Shown here piece after piece: positions 1 through 8,731 of a DNA stretch of 24,000 bases. A model generated the notes under the pieces. It saw nothing but the letters and a program-made list of their open reading frames with translations, searched no databases and was not told where the DNA came from. How positions within the stretch are numbered: the first letter of the stretch is position 1; each line of letters starts with the position of its first letter. The DNA is taken from positions 82,857 to 106,856 of the forward strand of contig SFDE01000008.1 in assembly GCA_004558805.1 (NCBI GenBank), read 5' to 3'. The position numbers and the translations under genes were made by a program. This DNA is from Faecalibacterium prausnitzii. GTDB taxonomy: Bacteria; Bacillota; Clostridia; Oscillospirales; Ruminococcaceae.

Positions 1-143
1 TTCTTGCAGCCGATGCAGCGCTTTGCCTCGTTCACAGCCATCTCGGCGGTGTAGCCCAGAGCAACTTCCTTAAAGTTCTTGTTGCGGACCATTGGGTCCT
101 GGGTGGGCATGGGGCATTTTTTGGGGTCCATGTTGAAAGCCAT
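1..143 (-). CDS. N-terminal 47 codons of a GltD/NfnB-type NADPH-dependent Fe-S flavoprotein (glutamate synthase small-subunit-like); the gene runs off the window start
   Basis: Too short for the ORF track. Hand translation of the minus strand from ATG 143-141 gives MAFNMDPKKCPMPTQDPMVRNKNFKEVALGYTAEMAVNEAKRCIGCK.., which is the conserved N-terminus of this family including the first cluster cysteines. The ATG lies 1 nt after the TAA (147-145) of the upstream partner, so the two genes are coupled. Confidence 0.75.
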   Translation of the reverse strand, partial: MAFNMDPKKCPMPTQDPMVRNKNFKEVALGYTAEMAVNEAKRCIGCK

Positions 144-144
144 C

Positions 145-987
145 TTACTTTACCTCCTGATTCAGCAGATTGCAGGCTGCCTCGCGGGCGTGCGCCTCAA
201 AGGGACGGTACATGGTACCGCGCGCCATAGCCTCGTCAAAATCCACCAGGTCGCCGTCAAAGTCGGGACCGTCCACGCAGGCAAACTTGGTTTCGCCGCC
301 CACGGTGAGACGGCAGCCGCCGCACATGCCGGTGCCGTCGATCATGATGGGGTTCATGGAAACGATGCTCTTCAGTCCATGCTTCTGGCAGGTCTTGACC
401 ACGAACTTCATCATGATCAGAGGTCCGATGGTGATCACCAGATCGTACTGGTTGCCGGCTTCCACCAGCTCATCCAGAGCGGCAGTGACCACACCCTTGG
501 TGCCGTAGCTGCCGTCGTCGGTCATGATGCGCAGCTCATCGCTGCAAGCTTTGAACTCATCCTCCAGGATCAGCAGGTCCTTGCTGCGGAAGCCCACCAC
601 ACTGTGGACCACGCAGCCCTGTTCATGCAGTTCCCGGGCAATGGGCAGGGCAATGGCGCAGCCTACGCCGCCGCCCACGACGCACACCTTTTTGAGACCC
701 TCGGTCTCGGTGGCACGACCCAGAGGACCCACAAAATCGTGGACGCACTCGCCTACCTTGAGGCTGTTCAGCTCCATGGTGGTGCCGCCTACGATCTGGA
801 AAATGATATCGACGGTGCCTGCCTTGCGGTCATAGCCCGCAACGGTCAGGGGGATTCGCTCGCTGTCCTCAAACGGACGAACAATGATGAACTGACCCGG
901 CTTTGCCTTTTTGGCGATCAGCGGGGCTTCAATGACCATCTTTGTCACGGTGGGGTTCAGCGCGACCTTTTCAGTGATCTTAAACAT
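145..987 (-). CDS. NfnA/PyrK-like FAD/NAD(P)-binding oxidoreductase subunit with a C-terminal 2Fe-2S motif (ferredoxin-NADP+ reductase small subunit type)
   Basis: ORF track 145..1191(-). I trimmed the start to ATG 987-985 (MFKITEKVALNP..), which is preceded by AAAGGAG. The protein has a GGGVGCA dinucleotide-binding motif and MCGGCRL..FACVDGP cluster cysteines. It is paired with the GltD/NfnB-like gene downstream. Confidence 0.85.
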   Translation of the reverse strand: MFKITEKVALNPTVTKMVIEAPLIAKKAKPGQFIIVRPFEDSERIPLTVAGYDRKAGTVDIIFQIVGGTTMELNSLKVGECVHDFVGPLGRATETEGLKKVCVVGGGVGCAIALPIARELHEQGCVVHSVVGFRSKDLLILEDEFKACSDELRIMTDDGSYGTKGVVTAALDELVEAGNQYDLVITIGPLIMMKFVVKTCQKHGLKSIVSMNPIMIDGTGMCGGCRLTVGGETKFACVDGPDFDGDLVDFDEAMARGTMYRPFEAHAREAACNLLNQEVK

Positions 988-1102
988 CGTGATTGCTCCT
1001 TTTTGCTGGCATTTCCTATCTCTCTTTAAGCAGAAAAGTGCGCCTGTACGCCTATGAGCGACACTGGGACGCAGGATCTCGTGCTGTAAGTCGACGGTAT
1101 CT

Positions 1103-1131
1103 ATTATAATATAGCGCCGGAGAGAAAGCAA
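1103..1131 (-). promoter_or_regulatory. Candidate sigma-A promoter for the oxidoreductase pair
   Basis: The minus strand reads TTGCTT (1131-1126), 17 nt, then TATAAT (1108-1103). This leaves a leader of about 100 nt before ATG 987. The inverted repeat CGGAA-T-TTCCG (1133-1143) abuts the -35. Confidence 0.5.
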
Positions 1132-1223
1132 CCGGAATTTCCGTTCTTTGGGCGGGATGTTTCTGCGGCATAGCGGCACCGGGCGCTGCATAGGCTGAAC
1201 GGGAGCAAGGCAGGAGGTGCGGC

Positions 1224-2849
1224 ATGGGGCGGAGCTACTTTAAGAACGCAGTGCTGCTCACCGGGTCGGACGTGGTGCTGCGTCTGGCAGGCATGGGACT
1301 GCGGATCTATCTGGCAAATGCGCTGGGCGGAGAGGGCATGGGGATGTACCAGCTGGTGCTGGCGGTGTACTCCCTCTTTGTCACCCTAGCCACGGCGGGG
1401 GTGTCGGTGGCGGCGACCCGCCTGATGACCGAAGAACTGAGCCGCAGCCCGGCGGCGGCACGGGGGATGCTGCAGCGGCTGGGTCTGGCGGCAATGGGGC
1501 TGGGACTGGCTGCCATGGCGGTACAGCTGGGCACTGCGGAGCCGGCAGCCCGGTGGTGGCTGGGGGATGTCCGTGCCGCCGGGGCGCTGCGGGTGTCGGC
1601 GCTGGGGATGCCTTGGATGGCGGGGGCGGCGGTGCTCCGGGGCTTTTTTCTGGCACGGCGGCAGGTGACGCCCAACATCATCAGCCAGCTGGCGGAGCAG
1701 GCGGTGCGGATCGCCCTGGTGGTGTCCGCTCTTTCCGCCGCCCGGCAGCGGGATACAGGCACCCGCTGTATGCTGGTGCTGGGTGCCACCGCCCTCAGCG
1801 AGGCGGTGTCCGCCTCCATTATGCTGGCGTTTTACCGGCGGGAGGCGGCACGGTGCTTTGGCACTGCAAAGCCCCTCCGCCCTCCGGACCCCGGCAGGCG
1901 GCTGTGGGAGATCCTCTGGCCGGTGGAGGGTGGGCGGGTACTGTCCAGCGGGCTGCATACGGCGGAAAATATGCTGGTGCCCGCCTGCCTTGCGGTATAT
2001 CTGGCAAACAGCGGCGGACGGGCTGCGGCGCTGGAACAGTACGGCGTTCTCAAGGGCATGGCGCTGCCGCTGCTGAATTTTCCCTTTGGGCTGCTGGGCA
2101 GTCTGGGGGTGCTGCTGATGCCGGAGATCACCCAGGCACACATAGAAGGGCAGACCCTGCGGCTGAACCGGCTGCTGGACCGGATGCTGCGGCTCACCGG
2201 GTATTTTTCCGCATTGGCAGGGGTCCTGTTCTGGGTGTGGGGCAGACCGGCGGCACAGCTGCTGTACAGCAGCCCGGAGGCGGGATTTTATCTGCAGGCG
2301 CTGGCACCTGCCATGCCCCTGATGTATCTGGAAAGCATGGTGGACGGGGCAATGAAGGGGGTGGGAGAGCAGAAAGCGGCGTTCCGCTACAGCCTGTGGG
2401 ACTCCATCCTACGGATCGGAGGGGTGGTGCTTCTGCTGCCTCGGTTCGGCATGAAGGGCTTTCTGGCGGTGATCCTGCTGTCCTGCACCTATACCTGCGC
2501 CGCAAACACCGGGCGGCTGCTGTTTTCCAGCGGCACAAGACACGCCTTCCGCCGGTGGTTGGGGGCGCCGGTCCTTGCTGCTCTGACGGCAGGGGCAGCG
2601 GGCACCGGTGTGTGGCGGCTGCTGGCAAAGTTTCTGGCAGGGGATCGGCTGGCACAGGCTGCCGCCATTGCCGCAGGGGGAACGGCTACGGCGGCGGTGT
2701 ACCTCCTTGCGGCACTGCCGCTGGGGCTGGGAGAGGAGCTGAAGGGGCTTTTTGCCTCTCGGGCAAAGGGCAAAAAACGGGAAAAAATGTCTGCCCGCTC
2801 CGGGGCAGCATCGGCAGCCGGTACCGGGCGCAGTGCCCGGCAAAAATAG
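1224..2849 (+). CDS. MOP-superfamily polysaccharide/lipid-linked oligosaccharide flippase (SpoVB/MurJ/Wzx-like multi-pass membrane protein)
   Basis: 541-aa ORF with AGGAGG 6 nt upstream of ATG 1224. The protein is highly hydrophobic with many predicted TM segments. The N-terminus (KNAVLLTGSDVVLRLAGMGLRIYLANALGGEGMGMYQL) is typical of SpoVB-type polysaccharide biosynthesis proteins. The C-terminal tail is basic and low-complexity. Confidence 0.75.
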   Translation: MGRSYFKNAVLLTGSDVVLRLAGMGLRIYLANALGGEGMGMYQLVLAVYSLFVTLATAGVSVAATRLMTEELSRSPAAARGMLQRLGLAAMGLGLAAMAVQLGTAEPAARWWLGDVRAAGALRVSALGMPWMAGAAVLRGFFLARRQVTPNIISQLAEQAVRIALVVSALSAARQRDTGTRCMLVLGATALSEAVSASIMLAFYRREAARCFGTAKPLRPPDPGRRLWEILWPVEGGRVLSSGLHTAENMLVPACLAVYLANSGGRAAALEQYGVLKGMALPLLNFPFGLLGSLGVLLMPEITQAHIEGQTLRLNRLLDRMLRLTGYFSALAGVLFWVWGRPAAQLLYSSPEAGFYLQALAPAMPLMYLESMVDGAMKGVGEQKAAFRYSLWDSILRIGGVVLLLPRFGMKGFLAVILLSCTYTCAANTGRLLFSSGTRHAFRRWLGAPVLAALTAGAAGTGVWRLLAKFLAGDRLAQAAAIAAGGTATAAVYLLAALPLGLGEELKGLFASRAKGKKREKMSARSGAASAAGTGRSARQK

Positions 2850-2895
2850 AGGCGCGGCAGCGGATGCCGCACTGAGGGAAATCGAGGACCTTTTT

Positions 2896-4794
2896 GTGAA
2901 AGAGAATAGCAAAAACGCACCGCAGGTGTATCTGCGCCGCGGAATGCTGGTGCTGCTGGACGCAGTCATCGTGGCATTCAGTTTTTATTTTGCGCTGCTG
3001 CTGCGGGCAGACGGCGCTGTGGAGGCGACCTGGTGGCCCCACAATCGTGCCGTGCTGTATCACAACCTGCCCTGGATCGTGGCGGTGTATATCGTCAGCT
3101 TCCTGCTGGGCGGGCTGTATTCGGTGCTGTGGAAGTACGCCGGGGAGCGGGATTTGCTGCGGCTGGCGTGCATTATCGGGGTGCCCACCGGTATCGTCTA
3201 CGCCGTCAACCGGCTGTTTATCCACGGTGTATTGTTCAATTCTGCCAACTGCATGGCCTCGGTGCTGATCTTCCTGCTCATCGGCGGCAGCCGTCTGGCG
3301 TGGAGGCTGTTCCTGAACCATCCTCTGGGGGAGCGGCTGCGGGGCGCAGCAAGCAAGGACCCCAACCGTCCGGTGATGATCGTGGGCGCCGGTGAGGCGG
3401 GTGCCTGGGCAATCAACGTCTGCAAGTCTAACCGGAACTATGGTCGTCCGGTGCTGGCAGTGGACGATGACCCCACCAAGCTCCACCAGACCATCCACGG
3501 AGTGCCGGTAAAGGGCACGCTGGAGGAGATCCCGGAGCTGTGCAAGCGGTACGGCATCCACAGCATCATCGTTGCCATCCCCACGTTGAAGGGCAGCCGG
3601 CTGAACCATGTCATCGACCTGTGCGTCAGCACCCACTGCGCCGTGCAGCTGCTCAGCGACCCTCAGCTGGTGGGGGCAAACGCACCCCAGCAGGGGGCAT
3701 TCCGGGAGCTGAACACCGCAGACTTCCTTTCCCGGGACGAGGTGACGCTGGACACCGATAAGATCTCCGGCTACCTCACCGGCAAGACGGTGCTGGTCAC
3801 CGGCGGCGGCGGCTCCATCGGCAGCGAGCTGTGCCGTCAGGTCATGCGCTTCCACCCCGGCAAGCTGCTGATCTTTGACATCTACGAAAACTGTGCCTAC
3901 GAGCTGCTGATGGAGTTGCAGCAAAAGTACGGGCGGGACGTCCCGGTGACGGTGCTCATTGGTTCTATCCGGGATAAAAAACGTCTGGATGAGGTTTTTG
4001 AGACCTACCATCCCACGGTGGTGTTCCATGCGGCGGCGCATAAGCATGTGCCCCTGATGGAGGTGAGCCCTGCTGAAGCGGTAAAGAACAACGTGCTGGG
4101 CACCAAGAACCTGCTGGTAAGTGCCAGTGAACACGAGGTGGAGCGGTTCGTGCAGCTGTCCACCGACAAGGCGGTGAACCCCACCAGCGTCATGGGCTGC
4201 ACCAAGCGTATCTGCGAGATGCTCATCCAGACCTTTGCAGGCAACACCGACATGAAGTGTGTGGCAGTGCGGTTTGGCAACGTGCTGGGCAGCCACGGCA
4301 GTGTGATCCCCCTGTTTGAAGCACAGATCAAAAAAGGTGGTCCCGTCACCCTTACCGATGCCAACATCGAGCGATATTTTATGACCATTCCCGAGGCGGC
4401 ACAGCTGGTGCTGCAGGCGGGTGCTCTGGCGGAAAGCGGCAACATCTATGTGCTGGACATGGGAGAACCGGTAAAGATCATGGATCTGGCAAAACAGCTG
4501 ATCCGCTTTTATGGCTACGAGCCGGGAGTGAATATGGAGATCAAGGTGGTGGGTCTGCGCCCCGGCGAAAAGCTCTACGAGGAGCTGATGATGGACGAGG
4601 AGCAGGACAAGATGCGCCGCACCCAGCACAACAAGATCTTTGTGGCAAGTCCCCGTCAGATCGATCTGGCGGTGTTCTATCAGCAACTGCAGGACCTTGC
4701 GGCGGCGGCAGAGCACAACGACGACGGAGTGGTAAAGCAGCTGGCGGCAATGATCCCCACCTTTACCCCCACCCGACAAAACCTGAAACTCTGA
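2896..4794 (+). CDS. CapD/PglF/WbpM-type membrane-anchored nucleotide-sugar 4,6-dehydratase/epimerase (polysaccharide biosynthesis protein)
   Basis: ORF open from 2752. The likely start is GTG 2896 (GAGGA 7 nt upstream) or ATG 2944, so the start is uncertain. N-terminal TM helices are followed by two Rossmann-like regions (MIVGAGEAG; VLVTGGGGSIGSEL) and the family motifs FHAAAHKHVP and STDKAVNPTSVMGCTKR. Confidence 0.85.
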   Translation: MKENSKNAPQVYLRRGMLVLLDAVIVAFSFYFALLLRADGAVEATWWPHNRAVLYHNLPWIVAVYIVSFLLGGLYSVLWKYAGERDLLRLACIIGVPTGIVYAVNRLFIHGVLFNSANCMASVLIFLLIGGSRLAWRLFLNHPLGERLRGAASKDPNRPVMIVGAGEAGAWAINVCKSNRNYGRPVLAVDDDPTKLHQTIHGVPVKGTLEEIPELCKRYGIHSIIVAIPTLKGSRLNHVIDLCVSTHCAVQLLSDPQLVGANAPQQGAFRELNTADFLSRDEVTLDTDKISGYLTGKTVLVTGGGGSIGSELCRQVMRFHPGKLLIFDIYENCAYELLMELQQKYGRDVPVTVLIGSIRDKKRLDEVFETYHPTVVFHAAAHKHVPLMEVSPAEAVKNNVLGTKNLLVSASEHEVERFVQLSTDKAVNPTSVMGCTKRICEMLIQTFAGNTDMKCVAVRFGNVLGSHGSVIPLFEAQIKKGGPVTLTDANIERYFMTIPEAAQLVLQAGALAESGNIYVLDMGEPVKIMDLAKQLIRFYGYEPGVNMEIKVVGLRPGEKLYEELMMDEEQDKMRRTQHNKIFVASPRQIDLAVFYQQLQDLAAAAEHNDDGVVKQLAAMIPTFTPTRQNLKL

Positions 4795-4880
4795 ACCTGC
4801 TTGCAACTGCGGCAATGGACCGCATGCAATAGACTGCAGGGCGGCGGGCGCCGACCTGCACAAAATGAGAGGGATGTATT

Positions 4881-6167
4881 ATGGAAAAGAAACCGTTTCT
4901 GACCGAGGCGATGGCGCAGGAGATCATGGAAGACGTGCCCACCCCCTTCCACATCTACGATGAAAAGGGCATCCGGGAAAATGCCCGCCGCATCAACAAG
5001 GCGTTCAGCTGGAACAAAGGCTTCAAGGAGTACTTTGCGGTAAAGGCTCTGCCCAACCCGGTGATCCTGCAGATCCTCAAGGAAGAGGGCTGCGGCGTAG
5101 ACTGCTCCTCCCTGACCGAGCTGATGCTCAGCGAAGTGTGCGGCTTTACCGGCAGCGAGATTATGTTTTCCTCCAACCAGACTCCCGTGGAGGACATGAA
5201 AAAGGCATACGAGATGGATTCCTACATCAATCTGGACGACGCCACCATGGTGGAGTTTCTGGATCGGGTGGCAGGCATCCCGGAGAATATCTTCTGCCGC
5301 TACAACCCCGGCGGGACCTTTAAGCTGGGTGACAGCGAAGAGGGTTTTCAGGTCATGGACAACCCCGGAGAGGCAAAGTATGGCATGACCGAAGAGCAGC
5401 TCATCGACAGCTACAAAAAGCTGGCGGCAAAGGGCGCAAAGAACTTTGGCATCCACGCCTTCCTTGCCTCCAACACCATTTCGGACGCCTACTATCCGGA
5501 GCTGGCAGCCATCCTGTTCCGGCTGGCAGTCCGGGTCCAGAAAGCCACCGGCGTCCACATTGCATGGATCAACCTGTCCGGCGGCGTGGGCATTCCCTAC
5601 CGTCCGGACCAGACCGAAAACGACATCATGACCATCGGCGAGGGCGTGCGGCAGAAGTTTGAGGAGATCCTTGTGCCTGCCGGCATGGGAGATGTGGCGA
5701 TCTTTACCGAGATGGGGCGCTTCACCACCGGACCCTACGGCGCGCTGGTGGCAACTGCCATCCACGAAAAGCATATCTACAAAGAGTACATCGGTCTGGA
5801 TGCCTGCGCCGCCAACCTGATGCGCCCCGCCATGTATGGTGCCTACCACCACATCACGGTGCTGGGCAAGGAGGACGAGCCCTGCGACCACAAGTACGAT
5901 GTGGTGGGCGGTCTGTGCGAGAACAACGACAAGTTTGCCGTTGACCGGATGCTGCCCCGGATCGACATCGGGGATGTGGTCTATATCCACGACACCGGTG
6001 CCCACGGCTCTGCCATGGGCTACAACTACAACGGCAAGCTCCACTGCGCCGAGGTGCTGCTGTGCGAGGACGGCAGCCACCGGCTGATCCGCCGTGCCCA
6101 GACGCCCCGGGATTACTTTGCGACTCTGGACTTCCTGCCTATGATGAAGCCCCTGTTTGAGGACTGA
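4881..6167 (+). CDS. lysA: Diaminopimelate decarboxylase (PLP-dependent, group IV decarboxylase fold)
   Basis: 428-aa ORF with GAGAGGGA upstream of the ATG. TPFHIYDEKGIRENARR and EYFAVKALPNP (PLP lysine context), CGVDCSSLTEL and the C-terminal GAHGSAMGYNYNG are characteristic of the clostridial/Bacteroides-type LysA. Confidence 0.8.
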   Translation: MEKKPFLTEAMAQEIMEDVPTPFHIYDEKGIRENARRINKAFSWNKGFKEYFAVKALPNPVILQILKEEGCGVDCSSLTELMLSEVCGFTGSEIMFSSNQTPVEDMKKAYEMDSYINLDDATMVEFLDRVAGIPENIFCRYNPGGTFKLGDSEEGFQVMDNPGEAKYGMTEEQLIDSYKKLAAKGAKNFGIHAFLASNTISDAYYPELAAILFRLAVRVQKATGVHIAWINLSGGVGIPYRPDQTENDIMTIGEGVRQKFEEILVPAGMGDVAIFTEMGRFTTGPYGALVATAIHEKHIYKEYIGLDACAANLMRPAMYGAYHHITVLGKEDEPCDHKYDVVGGLCENNDKFAVDRMLPRIDIGDVVYIHDTGAHGSAMGYNYNGKLHCAEVLLCEDGSHRLIRRAQTPRDYFATLDFLPMMKPLFED

Positions 6168-6246
6168 GAGACTGCCTGCCGGCGTTTACAGTCTGCCATA
6201 GCGGAGGACAGAGCTTCCGCCCATCAATAAAAAAGAGGTATCTGCC

Positions 6247-6645
6247 ATGTTTTTTGGATTCCAGCTCACCTGCGGCTTGATGATGGTCTTTTACGGCTAC
6301 TCGGTGATGAAAAATCCCCGGGTCTGGGGAGATCAGGGACGCCGTGCCGTCAAACCGGAAAATTTTGCCGAGTACTGCCGCCAGAACGGGCTGTTTTTCC
6401 TCAAGGCAGGCTGCATCATGGCGCTGATCGGTGCACTGGACGCCCTGATCACGCTGGATTCGCTGCTGTACCTGCTGCTGTATGTCTTCGGCTTTGCCTT
6501 TGCATTCTACCCCCTGAGCCGCTGGTGCAAGCAGAATGAGGGCTTTGCCTGGCCCTGGAAGCATGTGGAAAGCGAAAAAAAGCGGATCCGCAGCCTGCGC
6601 CGGGAACAGGAAGCACAGGAACAGCAAGAAAAAGATACCAAATAA
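6247..6645 (+). CDS. Small hypothetical membrane protein (about 3 TM segments) with a charged C-terminal tail
   Basis: 132-aa ORF with AGAGG upstream. It has hydrophobic segments and an ESEKKRIRSLRREQEAQEQQEKDTK tail. I recognise no family. Confidence 0.5.
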   Translation: MFFGFQLTCGLMMVFYGYSVMKNPRVWGDQGRRAVKPENFAEYCRQNGLFFLKAGCIMALIGALDALITLDSLLYLLLYVFGFAFAFYPLSRWCKQNEGFAWPWKHVESEKKRIRSLRREQEAQEQQEKDTK

Positions 6646-6654
6646 GCAAATAAT

Positions 6655-6717
6655 AAAACACCTGCAACCGGCAGATGCTCTGTACAAGAGCAAAAAAGGT
6701 CGGTTGCAGGTGTTTTT
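6655..6717. terminator. Bidirectional intrinsic terminator shared by convergent genes
   Basis: A perfect 16-bp stem pairs AAAACACCTGCAACCG (6655-6670) with CGGTTGCAGGTGTTTT (6701-6716). The loop holds a nested GCTCT/AGAGC hairpin. An A-run precedes the stem and a T-run follows it, so it can terminate transcription in both directions. Confidence 0.75.
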
Positions 6718-6737
6718 GCTTTAGTCCGCCGGTGTGA

Positions 6738-7739
6738 TCAGATTTCCCCGGCAGGTGCTGCTTTGGTTTTGTCCAGAGCGTCAAACTGCTTCAGGATCTG
6801 GGGGTCCTTCAGCTTGACGACCTTGCCGGAGAGATAATGCAGGGTGTTTTCCTCGGGAATATCAAGGAAAGTGACCCGCACAGCGCACAGCGCCTGGGTT
6901 TTTATGCCGGTGCGCTCGTTCATTTTCCGGTTGCCGTATTTGATATCGCCCAGCACCGGCTTGCCCAGATAGGCAAGGTGGGCGCGGATCTGGTGGGTGC
7001 GCCCGGTGATAAGACCGATGCGGCACAGAGCAAAGGGACCGGCGGTGCGCAGCACATCCACGTCGGTAATGATCTGCTTGCGGCGCTCGTCCTGAGACTG
7101 GTGAGCGTGGATGCTCACCTTGTTGTTCTTTTCGTCGTGCTCCCACCATGCTGTGAACCGTCCGGACTGGGGGATGCCCACGGTTATGGTGTAGTATTCC
7201 TTTTTAAGCAGGTCGGTGCGGATGATCTCGTTCATGTCCCGCAGGGCGGCATAGCTCTTTGCGGCGATCACCAGACCCTCGGTGCCCCGGTCCAGCCGGT
7301 TGCAGATGCCGGGTTTGAACCGATTTTCGCCGCTGGCATCGTACTCGCCTTTCTGAGCCAGATACTGGGTAAAGGCATCCACAAGGTTGGCGTCTCCGGT
7401 GCGGTCGCTGTGGCACAGCAGATGGGTGGGCTTGTACAGCACCGCAATGTTGTCGTCCTCGTAGATCACCGTCACTTTGGGCTGGGCAGGCTGCTTTTTG
7501 GGTGCCTTTGCCGCCGGGCGTGCCCCTTCCGGGGGGAAGAACTCATCGTTGATGTACAGCTCGATCAAATCGCCGGTGTGGATACGGTCCTCCGGTGCAC
7601 CCTTCTTGCCGTTGACCTTGATGCGTTTGTTGCGGAAGCTTTTGTACAGCAGGCTGGTGGGAAAGTCCCGGGTCACGCTCTGCACAAAGCGGGACAGCCG
7701 TACCCCCTCATCGTTGGCGGTTGCAGTGAATTGTTTCAT
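6738..7739 (-). CDS. RluA/RluD-family 23S rRNA pseudouridine synthase with an N-terminal S4 domain
   Basis: ORF track 6738..7859(-). I trimmed the start to ATG 7739 (MKQFTATAN..), which is preceded by AAAGGAA. Supporting motifs are the S4-like N-terminus, the catalytic-Asp motif NRLDRGTEGL and the GRTHQIRAH motif. Confidence 0.85.
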   Translation of the reverse strand: MKQFTATANDEGVRLSRFVQSVTRDFPTSLLYKSFRNKRIKVNGKKGAPEDRIHTGDLIELYINDEFFPPEGARPAAKAPKKQPAQPKVTVIYEDDNIAVLYKPTHLLCHSDRTGDANLVDAFTQYLAQKGEYDASGENRFKPGICNRLDRGTEGLVIAAKSYAALRDMNEIIRTDLLKKEYYTITVGIPQSGRFTAWWEHDEKNNKVSIHAHQSQDERRKQIITDVDVLRTAGPFALCRIGLITGRTHQIRAHLAYLGKPVLGDIKYGNRKMNERTGIKTQALCAVRVTFLDIPEENTLHYLSGKVVKLKDPQILKQFDALDKTKAAPAGEI

Positions 7740-7905
7740 AGATGTTCCTTTATGTTTTACAGATTCTTGCAGAGTACCTTTATAGTAATACATGCCCGAG
7801 GGGAAGTCAACGCACATTTTGCGGGAAATTTCCCTGCGGGGCTTGAGTTCACCGGGCAAAACGGGTAGTATTATAGAAAAAGCAAACCATAAAGGAGGAC
7901 TGGCA

Positions 7906-8625
7906 ATGGCAGAGCGTAATCGACATCAGGGGCATCGTCAGCGTATGCGGGAGCGGGTGAAGAACTACGGTCTGGACAGTCTTGCGGAGCATGAGGCGCT
8001 GGAGTATATTCTGTATCTGACCAATGCCCAGAAGGACACCAACGGCATTGCCCATGACCTGATCGATCGGTTTGGAGATTTTGCTGGCGTGCTGGAAGCA
8101 AGCGAGGAGGAGCTGTGCACCGTGGAAGGGGTGGGTCCTGCCTCGGCACGGATGCTGCATCTACTGCCGGAGATCAGCCGATACTATGGACGCAGCCGTA
8201 CCAACTCGGTCCGCTGCCTCAAGACCGCCGAACAGATGGGCAACTACCTTCTGGCTAAATTTGCGTGGTCCAAGTGCGAGCGTGCCTTGCTGGTGTCTCT
8301 GGATAGTCGCCAGCGGGTGCGTGCGGCAGTGTGGCTGCAGGAGGGCAGCGCTGACCGAGTCACGCTGGATATAAAGGAAGTGGTATCTGCGGCAGTCCGG
8401 GGCGGCACCGATGGGGTGGTGCTCTGTCACAATCATCCCAACGGGGTGGCTCTGCCCTCGGCAGAGGACATAGAAGCCACCGGCGGCATCGCCCGGGCAC
8501 TGGGAGCGCTGAAGATCCACCTGCTGGACCACTTTATCCTGACAGATACCGAGTATTTTTCCATGCGGGAGGAGGACCGCCTGCCGATCTACGACTTCAG
8601 GACCGGCACCCTGTTCTGGCGGTAA
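7906..8625 (+). CDS. radC: RadC-family JAB/MPN-domain protein
   Basis: ORF track 7792..8625. I trimmed the start to ATG 7906, which is preceded by AAAGGAGGA. The protein has HhH-like N-terminal motifs (EHEALEYILY..; LCTVEGVGPASARML) and the JAB motif VLCHNHPNG..PSAED. Confidence 0.85.
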   Translation: MAERNRHQGHRQRMRERVKNYGLDSLAEHEALEYILYLTNAQKDTNGIAHDLIDRFGDFAGVLEASEEELCTVEGVGPASARMLHLLPEISRYYGRSRTNSVRCLKTAEQMGNYLLAKFAWSKCERALLVSLDSRQRVRAAVWLQEGSADRVTLDIKEVVSAAVRGGTDGVVLCHNHPNGVALPSAEDIEATGGIARALGALKIHLLDHFILTDTEYFSMREEDRLPIYDFRTGTLFWR

Positions 8626-8639
8626 ACATGAAAAAAGGA

Positions 8640-8668
8640 TTTACATTATAAAACTGCTGTGCTATAAT
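8640..8668 (+). promoter_or_regulatory. Candidate sigma-A promoter of uvrBA
   Basis: TTTACA (8640-8645), 17 nt, then TATAAT (8663-8668), located about 64 nt upstream of the uvrB ATG. Confidence 0.6.
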
Positions 8669-8731
8669 TGTATCATTAAGCACAACTAATTGTGGTTCTT
8701 TGCGCAAGAAAGAGCCGGAGAGGAGCAGAAG

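Noticed and set aside
1307-2969. Stack of overlapping Pro/Arg/Gly/Ala-rich ORFs in several frames inside the flippase gene
   Set aside because: These are typical off-frame translations of very GC-rich membrane-protein DNA. Only the 1224..2849 frame has an RBS, TM periodicity and family resemblance.
4795-4880. Possible lysine riboswitch (L-box) upstream of lysA
   Set aside because: The gap is only 86 nt, far shorter than an L-box aptamer plus expression platform, and I see no multi-helix conserved core.
2686-6080. Long minus-strand ORFs (725 aa and 466 aa) antisense to the CapD-like gene and lysA, and similar ones antisense to nfnA (79..1029), rluD (6837..7868), uvrB (8597..9943) and uvrA
   Set aside because: The ones I phase-checked (capD, uvrB) show the same codon-aligned shadow effect seen in high-GC genes, and the rest look like the same artefact. 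The sense-strand products carry clear family motifs and the antisense products carry none.
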